Shown here: positions 26,434-33,188 of the stretch, piece after piece
How positions within the stretch are numbered: position 1 is the first letter of the stretch
Layout of the letters: each line of letters starts with the position of its first letter
Origin: Candidatus Thorarchaeota archaeon
Lineage (GTDB): Archaea; Asgardarchaeota; Thorarchaeia; Thorarchaeales; Thorarchaeaceae
Direction: 5' to 3'
Length of the DNA: 33,188 bases
Assembly: GCA_038893995.1 (NCBI GenBank)
Contig: JAWAQK010000011.1
Location: forward strand, 1 to 33,188
Notes under the pieces: model-generated
Seen by the model: only the letters and a program-made list of their open reading frames with translations
Told to the model about the DNA's origin: nothing
Databases searched by the model: none
Position numbers and translations under genes: made by a program

Positions 26434-26829
26434 TGTTCGGTCTACCTCGTGCGACAGGTCTGCCTGTGGAAGATCGACATCTGTGTCGAATGGACACAGC
26501 TCAGGTCTCCTGAGTCACTTGGGCAATGTCCAAAGCCGAGATCTGCAGCGCTGGCATCCATTCTCCATCGCGATCCCGCATTGGTCTTGTCCAGTCGGAT
26601 CCGGCTGGTCTCAGTTCGGTCCTCAGTCGACATACCGGTGAACGTGTGACCTAATCTTCTGCAGGAGCGGGATATAACGATATCTGGAGAGTCGCTCATC
26701 GATATATCGAACACTGTCCAGTCCGCAACGGATGGAGGCCCCTATCGGACAAGCAGCCATCCCCATTGCCCCGGGCAGACTGACGTCCTGTCATGTGTTG
26801 AAGATGAGGGATGGTACTGTAGAGTAAGA

Positions 26830-26880
26830 GGGCAAGGGGACTGGGTGTGCGCGACGTACGAACTCACCCGTCCGATGCCC
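26830..26880 (-). terminator. Long hairpin immediately after the stop of the 26882-27541 gene
   Basis: Nested pairs GGGCA/TGCCC, GGAC/GTCC and GGGTG/CACCC; followed on the minus strand by TCTTACTCT. Confidence 0.5.
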
Positions 26881-26881
26881 A

Positions 26882-27541
26882 TCACTGTTCCAATAGTCGT
26901 CCGCAGGAGCGACAGAAGCGGTCTTGGGGAGCTATCTTGGGGGATCCGCAGAATGGACAGTAGTCTCTGCTCCGGTAGCCTGGTGACGATGCGGGGGATG
27001 CCTCGAAACTTGATGGAGACACTGGTTGAATGTACGGATTGGGGCCGCTACGTCGCACGTATAGAAATACCGCACCAAGGACCGCTGCCAAGACTGACAA
27101 TGCAAGGAAAACGGCAACAGTAGTCTGGACGGCTCTGGACGATTCATAGTTGATTGATCCGACCACGTGTACGCTCGATTGTCCACTGTTGTAGAATACT
27201 GCATACCATGTTCCGTCGCAGGGAATGACAAAGTCCGTAGATAGCGCCGATACATTGTCATATGCGCAGTAAATGTAGGCGGGCCTGCCGTCTGCCCACA
27301 GGGAGTAGTTCCACTCATCACAGACGAAGAACATCACACCTTCCCCAGCTGTCACCTCGAACTCCACTGCAATCTTGTCGTCTTGACTGCAGAAACCATC
27401 GACTGAGCCCCATGTCAGGGAATTGATCCATAGGTCAAAATGACCTGCCAATGGAGAGCTGGTGCTGATGGCCACCCCTGTCCCCGTGCAGAACAATACC
27501 ACGAGGACCGTAGACAACATTAAGATGTATGCCCTTTTCAT
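26882..27541 (-). CDS. Type I membrane protein: GOLD (emp24/p24)-like beta-sandwich, TM, cytoplasmic zinc ribbon
   Basis: Signal peptide; DKIAVEFEV..GEGVMFFVCD...TDFVIPCDGTWYAVFYNS...VHV; TM VAVFLALSVLAAVLGAVFLYV followed by RR; CPFC...CRSC. Confidence 0.75.
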   Translation of the reverse strand: MKRAYILMLSTVLVVLFCTGTGVAISTSSPLAGHFDLWINSLTWGSVDGFCSQDDKIAVEFEVTAGEGVMFFVCDEWNYSLWADGRPAYIYCAYDNVSALSTDFVIPCDGTWYAVFYNSGQSSVHVVGSINYESSRAVQTTVAVFLALSVLAAVLGAVFLYVRRSGPNPYIQPVSPSSFEASPASSPGYRSRDYCPFCGSPKIAPQDRFCRSCGRLLEQ

Positions 27542-27936
27542 GCCTCAAACCACCTTCTCGTGTCGCTGTTCTCTCAACCGGCTCATACCATTAGAGAACC
27601 GCTTGAACTCTGTACATATGAGTTCTGATAAGAAGTTTATCTTGGCGAGGTCAGCCACTAGCGCTAGAATGGCGAACTCACAAAGAGGTGCTGTATCGGG
27701 GCGCGGAGTCGAAGACCCCGGACAGCGACAGACCCAGCATGATTCACGTGCAGACTCGGTCACTGAGCCAATGCGGTCTGACGAATCTCTGAAGGCCTCT
27801 TCATTCACTTCCAGCACTCGGGTAGGCAGGCGAAGTCCTCTGCCAAGAGGAAATATCCACGGATTAGGGCAGGATCTGTGATATCGTAAGGATAGGGACC
27901 AATATCAACAACCGATCAATCACGACTGGCTGGATG

Positions 27937-28572
27937 TCACACGTTCAGTCTGATTCTCTGGAGGACTGCGTCAGGCCCTGTGAACTTACGCACGCGCAGG
28001 TCCACATCCATGTCCTGCGCAAGTCGATGACAGGCCTCGAGGTCCAGATCTGGCAAGTTCACGACAGAGAGACGGACCTGCATAAGTTCGCGGCACCTCC
28101 TGGCGAACTCAAGCATTGAGCCGAATGCACTCTCACCGTACACTGGTCTGCAGAGCCTGACATAGGTTGCTGCGTCCGGTGCATTGAGGGACACGTTCAC
28201 ACTGTCGAGTCCAGCATGCGCAAGTTCACCGGGCACATCGCGCTGGGGATGAATGAGAAGGCCGTGACCATTTGTGTCCATACGGACATGGATACTGCTC
28301 AGCTGCTTCACAGCACGTATTGTCTCGAGAATCGCATCAAGGTTCAAGGTAGGCTCCCCAAGTCCGACTATCGCTACCTCGTCGAGATCACGATCTTTCA
28401 TGGAGGAAGTGACCGCAGCGACAAGTTCTGCTGGTGTCGGATCTCGTGTCAGCCTCAGATCATACCCAAAGACACCGTCACAGAACTGTCGTATGCAGAA
28501 GACGCAGTCATTGGTACACCTATTGGTAGGATTGACATAGAGCGTACGATCCCTGAAGTATGCGAGGCTCAT
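27937..28572 (-). CDS. TatD-associated radical SAM protein
   Basis: LYVNPTNRCTNDCVFCIR (CxxxCxxC), GLGEPT, RMDTNGHG, VSLNAPDA..Y.RLCRP. Confidence 0.9.
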   Translation of the reverse strand: MSLAYFRDRTLYVNPTNRCTNDCVFCIRQFCDGVFGYDLRLTRDPTPAELVAAVTSSMKDRDLDEVAIVGLGEPTLNLDAILETIRAVKQLSSIHVRMDTNGHGLLIHPQRDVPGELAHAGLDSVNVSLNAPDAATYVRLCRPVYGESAFGSMLEFARRCRELMQVRLSVVNLPDLDLEACHRLAQDMDVDLRVRKFTGPDAVLQRIRLNV

Positions 28573-28637
28573 GCGTTGTCGCTGGGGATGGCCTCATGGA
28601 TGACTCATAAGCTCTTGGAAATGTGAGAGCATACCCT

Positions 28638-29144
28638 CTACGTGTAGTACGCCAGTCCAGAGTCCTCCTCAGTAGACTTGCCAGGAAACTGTCCGGTTAC
28701 CTCGTTTAGGATGTGTATCACCATGTCTATCACATTGTGTACAGTCCGGATTGAGTTCCACAGTCGGTCATGCGAGAAGGCGTCGTCATATATCCTCTGA
28801 GAGACCACAAAACCAGGACCGGGGGGCTGGGGACCAGGAGCACCAGGGGTAGGCTGGACAAATCCCAGCAGTACCGGTTGCGTAAAACTGAACTTCATTG
28901 CCTCAATCTGGAACCGCTTCATGGACTCACCAGTGAGGGCTCGCAGGTGTTGGGGCGATATCAACACTTGGGACTCAATCCGGATGTGGTGTTGGTCGTT
29001 GGGTCGAACGATGGTGAAGAAGAAACGCATGAACTTCACCTTGAAGATGAACTCCGTGCGTGGGTCCGATATACTCTCTACTGCGATTCCCTCACGGGAG
29101 AAGAATTCACGCACCGACTCTCTAATTCGTGCTCCATCACTCAT
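28638..29144 (-). CDS. DUF2299-like conserved archaeal protein
   Basis: EG..V...D...F, ISPQH, RIYDDAFS..L pattern. Start placed at MSDGA (29144); the ORF track starts at 29183. Confidence 0.65.
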   Translation of the reverse strand: MSDGARIRESVREFFSREGIAVESISDPRTEFIFKVKFMRFFFTIVRPNDQHHIRIESQVLISPQHLRALTGESMKRFQIEAMKFSFTQPVLLGFVQPTPGAPGPQPPGPGFVVSQRIYDDAFSHDRLWNSIRTVHNVIDMVIHILNEVTGQFPGKSTEEDSGLAYYT

Positions 29145-29202
29145 CAGAATATCATCAGGACCACACAACGACATACAGCTCAATTAACGGTTGCGACTAC
29201 AG

Positions 29203-30006
29203 TCAGCCACGGAACCACTCCACCCGGCCATAGGCATCCTCGACACGGTCCGCAAAGCATGTGATAGTCTCTCTTGCTGTCTCTGTTGCAGATGTGTCAC
29301 ATGAGGCAGCAAGCAAGCACTCGTCACTCCTCTCCTCAACCATCCGAACCCCCCACGGATCGATGATATTGCTGTGGCCAAAGTACCTCTTCCCATCGAA
29401 GGCCCCACCGACTCGATTACAGCAGGCCATGAAAAGCTGATTCTCTATGGCTCTGGCACGGATCAACACGTCCCAGTGACTACTGCGCGGCTCCGGGAAT
29501 GCCGCAGGAACCAGTACCAGTTGGGCTCCCTCGAGGGCAAGCCTACGCGTGACCTCGGGAAACCTCAGGTCGTAACATATCTCTACACCCACTTTCAATC
29601 CAGCAGCCTCAAATAGGACAAGTCTATCGCCCCCAACGAAGACCTCTCGCTCGTTCTGAAAAGGATGGATCTTCCTGTATCTAGCAACCTCTTCTCCTCC
29701 GGGAGACATGACAAGGAGCGTGTTGTAGAATCGTTCTGACACGGGCTCGACTCCAGTCGCAATCACGTACGCTCTATGTTCTCGGGCCAGGTCACTGAGG
29801 AACCCTCTTGTAAGACTAGGTACATCCGGACCGATTCTCTTGTAGTCTTCTGGATTGAAGCCTATCGCGAACAGCTCCGGCAAGAGGACAAACTCCCTAT
29901 CACAGACCGGGCGATGCTCCCTGAGGAGTGTTAGTGCCCGTCGATAGTTCTCGTCAGGCCTGCCCTCTGTGCAACTCATCTGGACAAGTGTCACCTTGAA
30001 CTCCAT
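29203..30006 (-). CDS. Carbon-nitrogen hydrolase (nitrilase superfamily, omega-amidase/Nit-like)
   Basis: Glu-Lys-Cys triad in LPELF, YRKIH and EICYDLRFPE; RARAIENQ. Confidence 0.94.
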   Translation of the reverse strand: MEFKVTLVQMSCTEGRPDENYRRALTLLREHRPVCDREFVLLPELFAIGFNPEDYKRIGPDVPSLTRGFLSDLAREHRAYVIATGVEPVSERFYNTLLVMSPGGEEVARYRKIHPFQNEREVFVGGDRLVLFEAAGLKVGVEICYDLRFPEVTRRLALEGAQLVLVPAAFPEPRSSHWDVLIRARAIENQLFMACCNRVGGAFDGKRYFGHSNIIDPWGVRMVEERSDECLLAASCDTSATETARETITCFADRVEDAYGRVEWFRG

Positions 30007-30256
30007 GAGACGAATCCTCCATCAGTCGAGGACGAGGAAATCTGCACAGTCTGTGTCAGTCGACCCTTTTCAGAGTGACGCAGTGCAGTGTGATGGCCGC
30101 TGTCCTGAAGGCTCCGGACTGCTCTCGTGGACCCCAGCTCAGGGCTCAATGGATACACGGTCTAGCCTATCGCGGCTAGTCCGTGTGCAGAGCACAACCC
30201 TTAATTCTTTAGGGACCGCGGTCGAGATTGGAAGGCAGAGAAGGATAGTGCGTCAA

Positions 30257-30565
30257 GTGGTAAACGAGGTCAATGTGGAACCGAAGACTAGGCAAGATAT
30301 GCCCAAGACATCATATTCCCGCCCTGTTGTAGGATCCACCGGGAAGACTGGTACATGGCGCACGTTCGACCCTGTCATTGACTACGAGAAGTGTAGCAAG
30401 TGCAGGACCTGTTGGCTCCATTGTCCAGAGGCGACCATCGACATCGATGAGGACGAATATCCCCGGATTGACCTGGACTACTGTAAGGGCTGCGGAATCT
30501 GTGCACAAGTGTGTCCGAAGAAGTGCATCGAGATGGTGAGAAGCGGAGTGGAGGACAAGCGATGA
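30257..30565 (+). CDS. porD: Pyruvate/2-ketoisovalerate:ferredoxin oxidoreductase delta subunit
   Basis: KTGTWRTFDPVID, CSKCRTCWLHCPE, DYCKGCGICAQVCP. Start uncertain (GTG at 30248 or 30257). Confidence 0.92.
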   Translation: MVNEVNVEPKTRQDMPKTSYSRPVVGSTGKTGTWRTFDPVIDYEKCSKCRTCWLHCPEATIDIDEDEYPRIDLDYCKGCGICAQVCPKKCIEMVRSGVEDKR

Positions 30566-31737
30566 AGACTATGATCATGACTGCCAACTATGCGGCGGCA
30601 TATGCGATTGTTTCTGCGAGAGTCGACGTAGTTGCGGCCTACCCGATCACGCCAGCCACGACTGTACCAGAACAGGTTGCGTTCCTGAATGAACAGGGAA
30701 TATACAAGGGTCAGTTCATCCGAGTGGAATCGGAGCACTCTGCAATGTTTGCATGCATTGGCGCGAGTTCCACAGGTGCACGAGCATTCACGGCGACCTC
30801 GTCGAACGGGCTCCTGTACATGGACGAGGCCCTCCACTGGGCTGCGGCTGCACGACTCCCCATAGTGCTGGCCAACATCAACAGGTCTGTGTCACCAAGC
30901 TGGAATATCCATGTCACACATGATGACTCAATGTCGAAGAGGGATACAGGCTGGATACAGTTCTATGCCGCAAGTGTGGATGAGTTTTACCACACCATAA
31001 TCCAGGCGTTTCGACTGGGGGAGGATCCAAGAGTTCTGATGCCAGTCATGGTGAACGCCGATGGGTTCGTCTTGAGTCATACAGTGGCTCCCTATGACTA
31101 CCTGGAACCAGAGGAGGTTGACAAGTTCCTGCCCCCCTACAACCCACCGCACTGGGTCATGGATCCAGACAAGCCAATATCACACGGCAACATAGTCTTT
31201 CCCGAGTACTACCAGGAGTTCAGGTACTTCATGCACGAGGGCGCACTGGCCGCACTCGACGTATACGAGGAGATCGAGAGGGAGTACAAGCAGCTGTTCG
31301 GAAAGTATCTCGGGGGTCCGATAGACTGCTACAGGTGCGAGGATGCAGACATAGTGTTCACATCACTCGGTACCGTTGGTGCGGAGGCGAAGGACGCGAT
31401 CGATCAGCTCCGGGATGAGGGATACCGGGTTGGCAATGCGAGGATAAGGATGTACAGACCGTTTCCTGTCAAGCATGTGCGCGACCTTGGAAGCCACATA
31501 AAGGCCTTCGCATGTTTCGACAGAGGGGTGTCATACGGCTATGGCGGTCACTCTGTGAATGATATCAGGGCAGCAATGTATGCCACTAAGCATCGTCCAA
31601 TCATCAAGAGCTACATCGGAGGCCTTGGCGGACGAGACGTGACCGTTGATGACATCAAGGAGATGATACTGGATACTTTCAAGATTGTCGAGTCAGGGGA
31701 GACAGATCCGGTCGAGACCTGGCATGACCTGAGGTGA
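30562..31737 (+). CDS. porA: Pyruvate/2-ketoisovalerate:ferredoxin oxidoreductase alpha subunit
   Basis: AAYPITP, VESEHSA, FTATSS.GL, GLGGRD; ATGA overlap with the delta subunit stop. Confidence 0.93.
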   Translation: MKTMIMTANYAAAYAIVSARVDVVAAYPITPATTVPEQVAFLNEQGIYKGQFIRVESEHSAMFACIGASSTGARAFTATSSNGLLYMDEALHWAAAARLPIVLANINRSVSPSWNIHVTHDDSMSKRDTGWIQFYAASVDEFYHTIIQAFRLGEDPRVLMPVMVNADGFVLSHTVAPYDYLEPEEVDKFLPPYNPPHWVMDPDKPISHGNIVFPEYYQEFRYFMHEGALAALDVYEEIEREYKQLFGKYLGGPIDCYRCEDADIVFTSLGTVGAEAKDAIDQLRDEGYRVGNARIRMYRPFPVKHVRDLGSHIKAFACFDRGVSYGYGGHSVNDIRAAMYATKHRPIIKSYIGGLGGRDVTVDDIKEMILDTFKIVESGETDPVETWHDLR

Positions 31738-31742
31738 TAGAG

Positions 31743-32648
31743 ATGGTGACAGTCAAGGAGATGCCACTGAAGGAATATGTGCTCAAGGGAAACGCAGCTT
31801 GCGCGGGCTGTCAGGACATGGTTGCGCTTAGGCATGCGCACAAGGCGCTGGAGGGCAAGGTGATACAGGTCGTGCCAGCATGCTGCACTAGCGTGGTGCA
31901 GTCACTCTGGCCCAAGACTGGACTCGACTTCCCAGTGCTCAATACCGGTTTCGCTGCGGCTGCAGCCACGGCGTCCGGCGTCAGGGCAGCACTCAGGGCA
32001 AAGGGCAGGGACGATGTCACCGTGATGGTCTGGGCCGGCGATGGGGGCACCTTTGACATTGGCATACAGGCCCTATCAGGTGCCTTCGAGCGCAGGGAGG
32101 ACATCCTGTATGTCTGCTACAACAATCAGGTCTACAGTAACACGGGGACCCAGAGATCTGGCGCCACACCCATTCACGCAGAGACATCCACGACCTGGTA
32201 TGGCAAGACAGAGGCCGAAAAGATGCTTGACTTCATCGTCGCCGCGCACGAGCCCGCCTATCAGGCGACCGCCAACTCATCGTATCCACGAGACCTGTAC
32301 GAGAAGTTCAGGAAGGCCAGAGAGATCAGGGGCCCCAAGTTCATCCATGTGTTCATACCGTGTCCTCAGGCATGGAACTATCCAGTCGAGTTAGGGGTAG
32401 AGATAGGTAAGCTCGCGGTCGAGACTGGATACTGGATACTATGGGAGCGGATAGGCGAGGAGTTCATCCTCAGCCCCTATAGCAAGAGGTATCAGGACCC
32501 TAAGAACAGAAAGCCCGTCGAGGAGTTCCTGAAGCTGCAGGGGAGATTCTCTCGGATGTTCAACCCGGTACGGGACGAGAAGAAGATCAAGGACTTTGAG
32601 GCATTCGTGCAACATCGATGGGATGTACTGCTCAGGACATTCACGTAA
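31743..32648 (+). CDS. porB: Pyruvate/2-ketoisovalerate:ferredoxin oxidoreductase beta (TPP-binding) subunit
   Basis: ACAGC, GDGGTFDIG, NTGTQRS, PCP; GAGGTGA RBS before ATG 31743 (alternative start GTG 31734). Confidence 0.93.
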   Translation: MVTVKEMPLKEYVLKGNAACAGCQDMVALRHAHKALEGKVIQVVPACCTSVVQSLWPKTGLDFPVLNTGFAAAAATASGVRAALRAKGRDDVTVMVWAGDGGTFDIGIQALSGAFERREDILYVCYNNQVYSNTGTQRSGATPIHAETSTTWYGKTEAEKMLDFIVAAHEPAYQATANSSYPRDLYEKFRKAREIRGPKFIHVFIPCPQAWNYPVELGVEIGKLAVETGYWILWERIGEEFILSPYSKRYQDPKNRKPVEEFLKLQGRFSRMFNPVRDEKKIKDFEAFVQHRWDVLLRTFT

Positions 32649-32667
32649 GGGGTCACGCAGCACCAGG

Positions 32668-33188
32668 TCAGTACCGACGGCGTCTTGTCAGATACAGACC
32701 GGACACTATGATGCCGACTATACCTATGCTGGCCCCCAGATAGAGCGGGTTCAGGTCAGGTCTTTGGGGATCAGTGTTCCAGAGATACTCCGTGAGATTT
32801 GAGATCCCATCGCCATCTGGGTCCGCATCTGCATCGTTGACAAGCGGGTCCAGTCCGTATCTGATCTCCCACAGGTCGGGCATCTGGTCGCCATCAGTGT
32901 CGGCTTTGATTGGGGATGTGCTGTTTAGGTATTCGAATATGTTTGGAACACCATCTTCGTCAGGGTCCTCACGGTCATCAGCTGAGAGGACTGTGAGCCC
33001 ATAGGAGTGTTCCCATCCGTCAGGCATACCGTCCCCATCAGTGTCGGGGGCCAGTCGATCTGTACCGATCGAGAGTTCAGTCGCATCGCTGAGCCCATCT
33101 CCATCAGAATCAATCTCACTCAGCTTCTCGGCAAAGAGGAACTGCTGACGGTCGTACACACCGTCTCCGTTGACATCTGCATCGTAGA
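32668..33188 (-). CDS. Cell-surface protein with thrombospondin type 3-like DxDxDG Ca-binding repeats and C-terminal TM anchor (5'-truncated)
   Basis: The frame is open to the window end (YDADVNGDGVYDRQ...); repeats DSDGDGLSD, DTDGDGMPD, DPDEDGVPN, DTDGDQMPD, DPDGDGISN; TM followed by RRRRY. Confidence 0.88.
   Translation of the reverse strand, partial: YDADVNGDGVYDRQQFLFAEKLSEIDSDGDGLSDATELSIGTDRLAPDTDGDGMPDGWEHSYGLTVLSADDREDPDEDGVPNIFEYLNSTSPIKADTDGDQMPDLWEIRYGLDPLVNDADADPDGDGISNLTEYLWNTDPQRPDLNPLYLGASIGIVGIIVSGLYLTRRRRY

Noticed and set aside
27845-27860. GAGGAAA resembling RNase P RNA CR-I
   Set aside because: No CR-V-like element and not enough non-coding space downstream.
29969-30256. 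N-terminal extension of PorD as a fused or degenerate gamma subunit
   Set aside because: It overlaps the divergent hydrolase start and promoter and has no PorG motif; it is an ORF-caller extension.
32760-33188. Nucleotide repeats as a CRISPR array or mobile element
   Set aside because: They are coding DxDxDG repeats; no spacer-repeat structure, transposase or integrase was seen anywhere in the window.

Overview
Gene-dense archaeal chromosomal segment, about 55% GC by eye. It is most consistent with an Asgard archaeon, probably Thorarchaeota-like (inference). The evidence is TATA-type promoters, GGTGA ribosome-binding sites, an archaeal thiolase+DUF35 pair, a porD-A-B operon, a DUF2299-like gene and a membrane protein with an Asgard-type longin-like domain. 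About 29 CDS are supported, two of them truncated at the window ends. They cover acyl-CoA/2-oxoacid metabolism (MaoC, acyl-CoA dehydrogenase, thiolase/DUF35, 2-oxoacid:ferredoxin oxidoreductase, DRE-TIM synthase), redox/stress functions (disulfide reductase, OsmC, WrbA, nitroreductase) and several cell-surface proteins. The best candidate for an undescribed system is the minus-strand locus at 20841-27541. It encodes a 1737-aa single-pass receptor-like protein (glycosylatable Ig-like ectodomain, TM, cytoplasmic longin-like domain, winged helix, disordered tail with a duplicated helical motif), preceded by a GOLD/p24-like membrane protein with a cytoplasmic zinc ribbon and followed by a small unknown gene. 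Also notable: two apparent pseudoenzymes (LarA-like and rubrerythrin-like), a surface-anchored GH5-like enzyme with an inserted CBM4_9, and several palindromic operator candidates. No rRNA, tRNA, CRISPR array or mobile element was recognised. All family calls come from reading motifs by eye; no searches were run.
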